This document shows, piece after piece, positions 21,462 through 29,420 of a stretch of 64,000 nt of DNA (the first letter of the stretch is position 1; each line of letters starts with the position of its first letter). The translations under genes and the position numbers were made by a program. The notes beneath the pieces were generated by a model that was given only the letters and a program-made list of their open reading frames with translations, did no database searches and had not been told where the DNA came from. The stretch spans positions 124,001 to 188,000 of the forward strand of contig CDROCS010001688.1 of the NCBI GenBank assembly GCA_977020255.1, given 5' to 3'. Origin of the DNA: Obrimoposthia wandeli (taxonomy: Eukaryota).

Positions 21462-21694
21462 AATTTGATGTAAGCAATGACGCGTAGCGTAGTAATGAAT
21501 ACAGAACTTGAAGTACCAAGCAAACTGACCATTTGCAGCAGTACCTTAAAGTAAGGTGTTAATTACCTATTTTATGGTAAATAGCGCCTTACTGTTAAAT
21601 AGCACGTATCCAGGTAAGCAAAAAAGGATCTCAGTTAAACAGCGGGGAACAAGATGAAGGCATACCAAGAGTAGACTAAATCACCTTAGATCCT

Positions 21695-21722
21695 ATTTAA
21701 CATAAGGTACATAATGCGTACT
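21695..21722 (-). other. dif: Chromosome dimer resolution site dif (XerC/XerD site)
   Basis: Minus strand reads AGTACGCATTA-TGTACC-TTATGTTAAAT: exact XerD arm, near-consensus XerC arm, 6-bp spacer; adjacent to yciH as for V. cholerae dif2. Confidence 0.95.
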
Positions 21723-21727
21723 GGCGG

Positions 21728-23289
21728 TGTAGCCGCAAAGCTAAAGTGTCTCTTTTCTGCAAAGCGAAAATGTCCTGTTTTTCCTATGGTGATCAGTATC
21801 TATCTGATCTGTGTGAGATTAACAAACGATGTTGGTAACCATGAATGAAAAAGAGATTTTACGCCTGAATGCTATTCGCGATGTTTGTGAGAAACGAATC
21901 CGACGATCAGATGCTGCAGGTATTCTGTCGCTGAGTGTTCGACAAGTTCAGAGACTGATTACTCGCTTTCGTCAGCTTGGCGCTGTTGGTATTACTCATC
22001 AGCGCCGTGGTTTGCCATCTTCGAACAAAATTAGTGGAGATGTTCGGCTCAGTTGCCTCGAAATAATACATCAACATTATTTTGATTTTGGACCCACGCT
22101 TGCGCATGAGAAATTGGCAGAGGTTCACGACATTCATATCTCGTTAGAAACGCTGCGCCAATGGATGATTGCCGATGGCCTTTGGGTGCCGCATGCCAAA
22201 CGTAAGCCACGGATTTATCAACCTCGTCACCGTCGTGATTGCCTAGGTGAATTGATCCAAATCGACGGCTCACACCATGATTGGTTTGAAGGTCGCAGCG
22301 ATAAATGCTGCCTGCTGGTTTACATTGATGATGCCACCGGTCGTCTAATGAACCTGCGCTTCAGTGAAACTGAATCCGCCTTTGATTATATGGCGGCAAC
22401 GCGCGAATACATTGAACAACACGGTAAACCGTCGGCCTTTTACAGCGATCGCCATGCGGTATTCCATGTCAGTAAACGTGATGCTCAAACTGAACGGTTG
22501 ACCCAGTTTGGTCGAGTGTTGAATGATTTAAACATTGAACTGATTTGTGCCAACAGCTCACAAGCCAAAGGCCGCGTTGAGCGTGCGAACAAAACATTAC
22601 AAGATCGCTTAGTCAAAGAAATGCGCCTACAAGGTATTGATACAATTGAACAAGCGAATATCTGGCTGCCCGACTTCATCGCTGATTTTAACCGACGCTT
22701 TGCCAAACCAGCCTGTTACCCCAAAGACATGCACCGCACCGTCAGAGAAACACCTGAAGACTTGGACGATATCTTTGCCTGGCACGAAATACGTAAACTA
22801 TCGAAATCACTGACTTTTCAGTACGACAAGGTTCTTTACCTTATTGATCCTACAGAAGAAAACAGCCGGCTAACCCAAGAAGCTGTGAAAGTGTTGGATT
22901 ATCCCGATGGCACCATTGCGATCCAGTACGGCCATCGAAAATTAGAATTCAAAATCTTCGACAAATTGGCTGATGTCGACCAAGGCCAAGTGGTTGATAA
23001 TAAACGCCTCGGCGCGGTATTGAAATTTGCCCAAGAAAAACAACAAGAATTCGAGCAGCAACACAAACGCAGCCGCAGTAAAAAGGCCCCCAAACGGACC
23101 GCCCAACAACGAGCAGTACAACAATTACGGGCACTCAACCCAGTCTTAGCCAACCCTGAAACGTTCAAACCCAGCACCAAGAAAGGCTGACTTCCCTACT
23201 CTACACGCCACATCAGCGCACACTGAACTACCTTGAAAAGAGACAGTTTAATCTGGGAATAAAGCAGACAGCTTAAAGCGGGATAAACA
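21728..23289 (+). mobile_element. IS1202-family (formerly ISNCY) insertion sequence, about 1.56 kb
   Basis: Both ends read inward start TGT and have TAA at 15-17 and TGTC at 20-23, with a second TGTC repeat 24-25 bp further in; one transposase gene. Confidence 0.8.
21829..23190 (+). CDS. DDE (rve-type) transposase
   Basis: N-terminal HTH (AAGILSLSVRQVQRL); catalytic IQIDGSHH, FYSDRH, AKGRVERAN; frame intact. Confidence 0.95.
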   Translation: MLVTMNEKEILRLNAIRDVCEKRIRRSDAAGILSLSVRQVQRLITRFRQLGAVGITHQRRGLPSSNKISGDVRLSCLEIIHQHYFDFGPTLAHEKLAEVHDIHISLETLRQWMIADGLWVPHAKRKPRIYQPRHRRDCLGELIQIDGSHHDWFEGRSDKCCLLVYIDDATGRLMNLRFSETESAFDYMAATREYIEQHGKPSAFYSDRHAVFHVSKRDAQTERLTQFGRVLNDLNIELICANSSQAKGRVERANKTLQDRLVKEMRLQGIDTIEQANIWLPDFIADFNRRFAKPACYPKDMHRTVRETPEDLDDIFAWHEIRKLSKSLTFQYDKVLYLIDPTEENSRLTQEAVKVLDYPDGTIAIQYGHRKLEFKIFDKLADVDQGQVVDNKRLGAVLKFAQEKQQEFEQQHKRSRSKKAPKRTAQQRAVQQLRALNPVLANPETFKPSTKKG

Positions 23290-23297
23290 GATCGTGG

Positions 23298-23330
23298 TAA
23301 ATGTAACATATAATCAAGTAGTTACATTTA
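23298..23330. promoter_or_regulatory. 10-bp perfect inverted repeat, possible operator
   Basis: TAAATGTAAC-13 nt-GTTACATTTA upstream of the phage regulator gene. Confidence 0.4.
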
Positions 23331-23555
23331 GACTGTAATATTTAAAAGGTACGATTTTATGACTATTGATATCAAAGGTTTAATTATATAACCCAATTTT
23401 TTAAATGCTTGGGCGTCACTCATTGTTCGGCATGGTGAATACAATCATTTCACAACATTTTGCGGGTGTATCGGTTTAATCGTTATCCCCGATTAACTCA
23501 TATCTCACCAATCGGAAAAAACATTCAAACTAGAATAAAATTTGTGAGGTTTATC

Positions 23556-24007
23556 ATGCTGCATGAGTCATTCGTAAAACTTTTTTGGCGAACTTTTGAT
23601 GATGTTGGGCAAGGAGCTGCTTGGTTTCATGTAAAACCGATCACTGTTCAACGTTGGTTAGATGGTCGCAACGATGTAAATCCTATGGCTGAAAAGCTGC
23701 TTATTATACGTAATCGAGGCTATCTGCCAGATGATACACGTTGGCAAAGCGTTTTCGAATCGATGAAGATTACGCAACCATTATTACACCTGAAGGACGA
23801 CGTTTCAGCCCTAAAGAATTGGAATCTTGGGCGTTACGCTTCGATGAATACCACACACTTAAGCGTCTGTACGAACTAGATTACATTCCTATACGTTCTC
23901 ATGTTGTTACGCCGTTGCCATTTCGTGGTGGTCGCCGTTTAGAGAAACCAACTTGTGAAACTGTAGCAAAGGACAAAAAGAAAATGTATCGAAGAAAAGC
24001 TAAGTAA
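23556..24007 (+). pseudogene. Frameshifted phage HTH + DUF3653-like regulator (XafT-like), copy 1
   Basis: GAGG RBS and ATG 23556; MLHESFVKLFW..HVKPITVQRWLDG..DDTRWQ continues in another frame as FRIDEDYATIITPEGRRFSPKE; frameshift near 23745-23752. Confidence 0.75.
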
Positions 24008-24157
24008 GATCCCTAGCCTTTATTTCATTCAAAGCCCGTCATATCGGGCTTTCATTAACGACCAATAAGCCACGTTTATTGATACTAATTATTCAAACAA
24101 GCCATAACCATGTAGCGTATTTTGCTTTCAAATCTAATCAGAAATATGGACATAATA

Positions 24158-24820
24158 ATGAAAAAAGCAGTTGGACTAATTGTATCTGTGGTTTTACTTT
24201 CAGCCTGTGGTAGTGACGAATCGTCGAGTTCGACTACGCCCGCAGTAAAGCAAGATCCAAAGTTAAGCGGTATTTATCAATCAAGTGACGCTGTAATGCT
24301 TGTAGATACCAGCCTAAAGAATGGCGTTATTACAGCTGATTCAAGTGGTAATGTCTTTACATTCGATAACGTCACGCAGAACAACAACGAATTAAACCTC
24401 AAGGGTGTTCACTTGTGGTCTCCTTCGGTCGATTTCTACGATTCATCTTTAAGCTTAGCAGTTTCGTTCAGTGGTAATGTTGCAAATGCAATGGCGATTA
24501 TTGATAACAAATCTTTTGTACGCACATTTAAGAAACAAGCTGACAGTTTACCGCTTAACAAATTGGTTGGAACACACACGAACGAAGCTGATGGTTCAAC
24601 GTGGACAATTGATGCTAACGGCAATCTTGCGATAAATGGCATGTGTACTTTCACGGGAAAGATTACCGCGAAAGATTATTACTATAAGGCAACAGCTGAC
24701 GCGACTGGATGTTCTTCTAGTACTTATGACGGTAAATATGAAGGTTATGCGCTGACGGTTAACGAAAGCGACCATATGTATTTCACTGGTGCGCTGTACA
24801 ACGACGACAACATGGTTTAG
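24158..24820 (+). CDS. Phage cargo lipoprotein, possibly truncated by a late nonsense codon
   Basis: Lipobox LLSAC with a Ser-rich linker; TAG at 24818-20 is followed in frame by GAVRL-TAA. Confidence 0.75.
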   Translation: MKKAVGLIVSVVLLSACGSDESSSSTTPAVKQDPKLSGIYQSSDAVMLVDTSLKNGVITADSSGNVFTFDNVTQNNNELNLKGVHLWSPSVDFYDSSLSLAVSFSGNVANAMAIIDNKSFVRTFKKQADSLPLNKLVGTHTNEADGSTWTIDANGNLAINGMCTFTGKITAKDYYYKATADATGCSSSTYDGKYEGYALTVNESDHMYFTGALYNDDNMV

Positions 24821-24858
24821 GGGGCGGTTAGATTATAACTACCCTAGCCTTTAGATGT

Positions 24859-24887
24859 AAAAAAGCCCGCAGTAGCGGGCTTTTTTT
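24859..24887. terminator. Bidirectional terminator
   Basis: AAAAAGCCCGC-agta-GCGGGCTTTTTT between convergent genes. Confidence 0.85.
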
Positions 24888-25752
24888 AATAAGATTGTTG
24901 ACTATAATCTTTTTTATTGTTTTTTTTAAGCATTTGAATAATATCTGATAAGTGGTCAATGGATTTAATTGTTGGCTTTATTATTGGAACCGTTAAAATT
25001 TCTTTATATTCATCGCTTACAACTATATCTGCTTTAATTTTATTATCTTGTACGACCTTATAAAAATTTGAGATTTCTTTTTGACACTTCATTAAAGAGG
25101 TTATCGTATTATCAATAGATATGATCATTTGCTCTGTACATGAATATAGTTCTGCGACTTCTTTGAAACCAACCTTATTAACCAATCCTAATAAATCAAC
25201 GTCATATGTTGATTTTGACTTATGGAATTCATCGATTATTGTATTATATTTTTTTGTCCTATAATTCCATATATTTAGTGTTGAATTATAGGCGTCTTGG
25301 CTTTCTAAAATATTAGTAACTATATCGTATCTGTCATACTCACTAAAAACTAAAACATCATTTGACTGTATGTGTTCTGATGATGTCTTGTAATTTATAA
25401 CATCTTTTAATCCAACGAATCGCATTTTATGTTGTTCAATCTTTTTTATTTCACATTTTAGACTAAATAATGCATTTATTTGCCTTGTTACATCAAGGAA
25501 TACTTTATCTAAACTTCGTTTGTCATTTTTTCTCTTTTGTAGAGTCTCTTTTCTAGTATTCAAAATATATGCAGCCATAACACCAAAAAATGGCGCTATA
25601 ACAAATTTTGATATTCCGTCTGCAATTTTATAAAGCGAATCAATATTTATTTCTTGAATACTTCCCGTAAACAAAAAAGGAAGGAAGGCTAATAATAAAA
25701 GCGAAAGTTCAGCTAATAATAAAACTATAAACCATTTGAAAATATCTTTCAT
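24886..25752 (-). CDS. AT-rich orphan protein with two N-terminal TM helices
   Basis: Intact 288-codon frame, visibly much lower GC than its flanks; no motif recognised. Confidence 0.7.
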   Translation of the reverse strand: MKDIFKWFIVLLLAELSLLLLAFLPFLFTGSIQEINIDSLYKIADGISKFVIAPFFGVMAAYILNTRKETLQKRKNDKRSLDKVFLDVTRQINALFSLKCEIKKIEQHKMRFVGLKDVINYKTSSEHIQSNDVLVFSEYDRYDIVTNILESQDAYNSTLNIWNYRTKKYNTIIDEFHKSKSTYDVDLLGLVNKVGFKEVAELYSCTEQMIISIDNTITSLMKCQKEISNFYKVVQDNKIKADIVVSDEYKEILTVPIIKPTIKSIDHLSDIIQMLKKNNKKDYSQQSY

Positions 25753-25824
25753 AAACACCCTAAAAAACGCAGAAGACACTTAAGCATCTAATTAAAAAGG
25801 ATATTATCATGAATTATCACATTC

Positions 25825-25977
25825 TTAAATCCTATCTTCAAGTCGTGTCAAACGAGAGTCCATTTTTTGAATTATTGTTTTCATCCAAGCAATATCTGTT
25901 TTCATAGCAATACCAGTACCAAACGCCGAGCAAAAACCAGTTGCCGCGGCAACTAGTACAGTTTGATATAACTCCAT
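25825..25977 (-). CDS. 50-aa phage TM + coiled-coil protein (not in ORF track)
   Basis: AAGGA RBS; MELYQTVLVAAATGFCSAFGTGIAMKTDIAWMKTIIQKMDSRLTRLEDRI*. Confidence 0.65.
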   Translation of the reverse strand: MELYQTVLVAAATGFCSAFGTGIAMKTDIAWMKTIIQKMDSRLTRLEDRI

Positions 25978-25986
25978 CCAGATTCC

Positions 25987-26184
25987 TTATTTCTTCTCTT
26001 TACGGAACGTATCCCACAAGCCGATCAACATGGTCACTACAATGGGAATCGTGCCGCCAACTTGTGTACCTGATTCAGTTACACTCATATCAACAAGATC
26101 CTGGTTACTAACCAAGCCAGCTATCGCACTGGCGAGAAGGATTAGACCTGTTTTAGTGCTTTTCTGTGATAAATCGATGTTCAT
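25987..26184 (-). CDS. 65-aa two-TM phage membrane protein (holin-like)
   Basis: Two hydrophobic segments and a basic C-terminus RKEKK; ATGA overlap with the upstream ORF. Confidence 0.65.
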   Translation of the reverse strand: MNIDLSQKSTKTGLILLASAIAGLVSNQDLVDMSVTESGTQVGGTIPIVVTMLIGLWDTFRKEKK

Positions 26185-26279
26185 AGTACCTTCCATTGTT
26201 TAAGGTATTTCAGCGCGAATGCGCCAGCCACGACACCAACTACGCTGATGCCAACTTTCTTCCAATTCGCTTTTGTCAT
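26181..26279 (-). CDS. 32-aa single-TM phage peptide (not in ORF track)
   Basis: MTKANWKKVGISVVGVVAGAFALKYLKQWKVL*; ATGA overlaps with both neighbours. Confidence 0.65.
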   Translation of the reverse strand: MTKANWKKVGISVVGVVAGAFALKYLKQWKVL

Positions 26280-26469
26280 GCTAACGTCACTCCTTCCATG
26301 ACTGCCCTCATCGGATATTTACGACCGACTTCTATACGCGCCATGGCTTGCAGTACGTTATCTAAAGCATTAATCGGTTCGTTCTTAGGAATACCCGTCC
26401 ACTTGCTGACCATATCTGCGTAATGGTCGAGTCATTTTCGTTGGCTGGTGCGAATGTGTGTACGATGCT
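26276..26469 (-). pseudogene. C-terminal fragment of a PM2 P5-like virion/lytic protein
   Basis: SIVHTFAPANENDST-(1-nt frameshift)-YADMVSKWTGIPKNEPINALDNVLQAMARIEVGRKY..GVTLA*; N-terminal half missing. Confidence 0.65.
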
Positions 26470-26471
26470 GT

Positions 26472-26813
26472 AAAATTACTAAAATTTACTTTAAAACAAT
26501 TTCTCGCCCGTTGGCGTTCTTGGCAGGTATTGCTGTCTCCTACTTCATTTTTGATTCGGGCAATGACGGGATTATTTCGCAAGCGGTTGCCAGTGTTGAG
26601 TCAGTGGATGTGTCACCGTATAAAAATTATAAGATCGTGTCTTATTCAAAAATGCCCAATGCCACGCCGTTCTATACGCTCAAGTTAGATGACAAAACTA
26701 TCACCTCAGATGAACTGACAAAATTAGGGTTAACCCTGACCAATGTGTCTCGCTGCCAGTTGAAAATCGCTAATCAAAAGCAAGAATCACTCTCTCTAAC
26801 GTGTGGGCGCTAA
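26472..26813 (+). pseudogene. C-terminal fragment of inovirus pI/pXI (Zot-like assembly protein)
   Basis: KITKIYFKTISRPLAFLAGI resembles M13 pI KLTKIYLKKFSRVLCLAIG; TITSDELTKLGLTLTNVSRC resembles LINSDDLQKQGYSLTYIDLC; ATPase domain missing. Confidence 0.75.
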
Positions 26814-26814
26814 T

Positions 26815-27992
26815 ATGAAACGTTTCTTTTTCCTTGTTGCTATATTCCTTGCCTTGCCTGTTAATGCCAAGTTGATTGATGGGTTCGAGGCGCGTTGAAA
26901 TTGAATGTGATTGTCGATGATGGTGTTAAGGGTGCGGTGTCTTTCTCTGCTCCCGAATTAGACACTAACGACTTTCAGCCTTTTGTTGATGCGGTACTGG
27001 TTTCAAATGGCTTTAAGATGACGCCTGATGATGGTTTCTATCGTTTATCATTGGTTGCCCTAAATGATAGTAAGAAAGACGAAAAGCTGGTCATTGTACC
27101 GCCAGTGACGAAGTTCTACGATTTGAACTATGTGGAAAACGTTAAGATAAGTGATTTGATTCAAGCGGTGTTGACGGCGTATTCAAAAAATACAGGTGAG
27201 ATGCAAACTGCCTATTCAGTGATTACCTTGCCCAATATCAACTCGATGATTGTTACGGGGTCACCTTCTCAATTGACGCAAATTAATAACCTAATTACGC
27301 GTGTTGATGTCAGGCGTAAACAAGTGTTGATTGATGCCGTTGTGATGGACACCCGTCTTGGTGACAGTGAATCGATGGGTGTGAGCTTAGATGTGCTGTT
27401 AGAGGGCGCTGGATTTCGTTTGATTTCTAATCCTGTCACATCGATTAAGGAATCGTTGAAAGGTAGCAATATTATCTATGACAAAGGTGATGTGAGCGCC
27501 CTCGTCACGGCCATTACTCAAAATCAGAATACTAAGCTCTTATCTAAACCGTATCTGTTAGTGATGGATAGAGAAAAAGGGTCTATCAACGTCGGTCAGA
27601 ACGTGCCCTTCTTAGTCTCCACTGAAACCTCAAACAACGGGTCATTAGTGCAAAAAATAGAAAGGCAAAATGTGGGGCTTGGTTTGAGTGTTGTGCCGCA
27701 TATCGTGAATGATTCGGTAATACTTGCGATTAACCAAACATCATCGAGCGTGTCTGATAGTGATATTGCCTCCGATATTATTACCAACAATCGAGAAATA
27801 AACACGGTGGTTCAAGTGCTGGATGGTCAGTCCATAATTTTAGGGGGCTTGGTGTCGGATGAATCGAGAAAATCAGAATCCGGTGTGCCGCTATTGAAAG
27901 ATATACCGTGGATTGGTGGGTTATTCAGAACAACTTCTGATAAGTCGGTAAGCTCTCAAATGTCTGTATTAATCAAGGTCACGGTAATATAA
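26815..27992 (+). pseudogene. Inovirus pIV secretin, broken near the N-terminus
   Basis: Signal peptide ORF MKRFFFLVAIFLALPVNA..FEAR* (26815-26898) is out of frame with the secretin body ending GQSIILGGLV..SGVPLLKDIPWIGGLFR. Confidence 0.85.
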
Positions 27993-27993
27993 A

Positions 27994-28145
27994 CCACCGC
28001 ACAATATTGAGTGGTTGACTGCCCCATGGCGCAGCCATATAAGACCACTCTCTATATCTCAATTTTTCGGCATAGCTCGCTGGTCGAAACCGCTACTGAC
28101 TCAACAATACACATTAACCGCCCTTCACACTACTAAGCCGTTTTT
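27994..28145. other. Hairpin-rich intergenic region after pIV (possible packaging signal/origin remnant)
   Basis: AACCAC..GTGGTT and AGTGGT..ACCACT stems; same position as the Ff intergenic region. Confidence 0.35.
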
Positions 28146-28275
28146 GCTCTAAAATCTGATTAATGTCAGTTAAACTATACATTTACGAATAAAAAGAATG
28201 ATTTTATGTACACAAGCGTTTAGGATCTCCCAGCCAAAGGCAAATCTAATGATAATTACAAATTAAGGTTATATT

Positions 28276-28650
28276 ATGGGAGAAACAATAATGGAAATTT
28301 TATCAAACCCAGTAGTAGCAGTTATTGGTTATATTTTGACTGTGATTTCTGGGTTAATTGCAATTAAAGAGTATTTCGCAAAAAAAGAAGCTGAAAGTAT
28401 TATTTTCATAAAATCAGGTGAGAATATAACGTTAAACAAGAAGGTGTCTGAATTTAAAAGTACTATCACTCAATTACAAGCAGAAGTTAACATTCAAGTT
28501 AATAAGAATAATCTAACACAAGAAACTTTAAATGAAATAAAAATAGAAAATAAAACATTGATAAATAAAAACAAAGAAGTAAGCCAAGGTGATAAGAGTC
28601 AGTATTTTGAGAAAAACAATGGCATGGTAAGTATTGATAACCGAGGTTAG
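28276..28650 (+). CDS. Single-TM coiled-coil protein with an N/Q/G-rich C-terminal motif; putative Lamassu effector
   Basis: TM PVVAVIGYILTVISGLIAI, heptad-like region, tail SQGDKSQYFEKNNGMVSIDNRG; stop is 1 nt before the next ATG. Confidence 0.7.
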   Translation: MGETIMEILSNPVVAVIGYILTVISGLIAIKEYFAKKEAESIIFIKSGENITLNKKVSEFKSTITQLQAEVNIQVNKNNLTQETLNEIKIENKTLINKNKEVSQGDKSQYFEKNNGMVSIDNRG

Positions 28651-28651
28651 T

Positions 28652-29203
28652 ATGTCTTCTCAAGGAGTAGTTTTTAAAGATAATCTTGGTCCTGTTAGTG
28701 TCACTACGTCACCTATTATGAATAGACAAAGTGCAATAGCTAGCCTGATTGAGATTATAGCTGATACGTTTAGTTTTGACGAAGACATGTCACGAGAACC
28801 CGCAGAAGTAGATGTAAAAATAGATTTTAACAATCTAGAAAGAACTGTTTGGATTGTTGACTCATATAAAGAGTCAGCATTGATAATTGATAGCGCAATT
28901 GATTCATTAGACCTTAGCATTATAGATGGAAGTAAAAAACTAAAACGTCAAATAAATCAACTGTACAAAAAATCATTGTCAAAGTTTAATATAAATACAC
29001 GTCTTATTGACCTCGAATTATTGAGAATTCATTCTGACAACATTGTAGAAGATGTTCATCAGCAAGTAAAAAATCTTGTTGAAAACAGCAAAAACCTAGA
29101 TGATACTTTCTTAAGTGAAGATATTGATAATGGTGTTATTTTAATTGTGAGTTATTGCATTGTTGAGTGCGTCGTATTGGAGAACCCCAATGATTACAAT
29201 TGA
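28652..29203 (+). CDS. Stand-alone ABC-three-component CTD (LmuA C-terminal domain-like)
   Basis: GAGG RBS and ATG 28652; EPAEVDVKIDFNNL and C-terminal IVSYCIVECVVLENP resemble CTD motifs; no room for a catalytic effector domain. Confidence 0.7.
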   Translation: MSSQGVVFKDNLGPVSVTTSPIMNRQSAIASLIEIIADTFSFDEDMSREPAEVDVKIDFNNLERTVWIVDSYKESALIIDSAIDSLDLSIIDGSKKLKRQINQLYKKSLSKFNINTRLIDLELLRIHSDNIVEDVHQQVKNLVENSKNLDDTFLSEDIDNGVILIVSYCIVECVVLENPNDYN

Positions 29204-29420
29204 CAGTCACCCCAAAGCAAATCTTATTTATCTAGGTGCATTAATTGTTTCATATTTATCAAAAAATAAACGAACCAGTTATGACCTTGACGATACTTAT
29301 AACTATTTAAGAAGTGAAATTGATATTTCATTCGAATTATACGTTTACACTTTAGATTGGCTATATCTCTCTGGCATCATCGATCTAAACGAAGAAGGTG
29401 AAATTATTTATGCGTCTTAA
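29190..29420 (+). CDS. lmuC: ABC-3C middle component / LmuC-like small protein
   Basis: 76 aa; LIYLGALIV..FELYVYTLDWLYLSGII pattern; overlaps both neighbours. Confidence 0.75.
   Translation: MITIDSHPKANLIYLGALIVSYLSKNKRTSYDLDDTYNYLRSEIDISFELYVYTLDWLYLSGIIDLNEEGEIIYAS

Noticed and set aside
21551-21592. Long imperfect hairpin between yciH and dif as an sRNA or MITE
   Set aside because: Single copy in the window, no TIR/DR and no recognisable family; cannot be supported.
23460-23555. Extended start for the phage regulator
   Set aside because: The RBS and family-like sequence begin at ATG 23556.
28276-29203. Genes 28276 and 28652 as one frameshifted lmuA pseudogene
   Set aside because: A clean TAG, a GAGG RBS and an ATG sit at the junction and the rest of the locus is intact; retained only as the refuting alternative.
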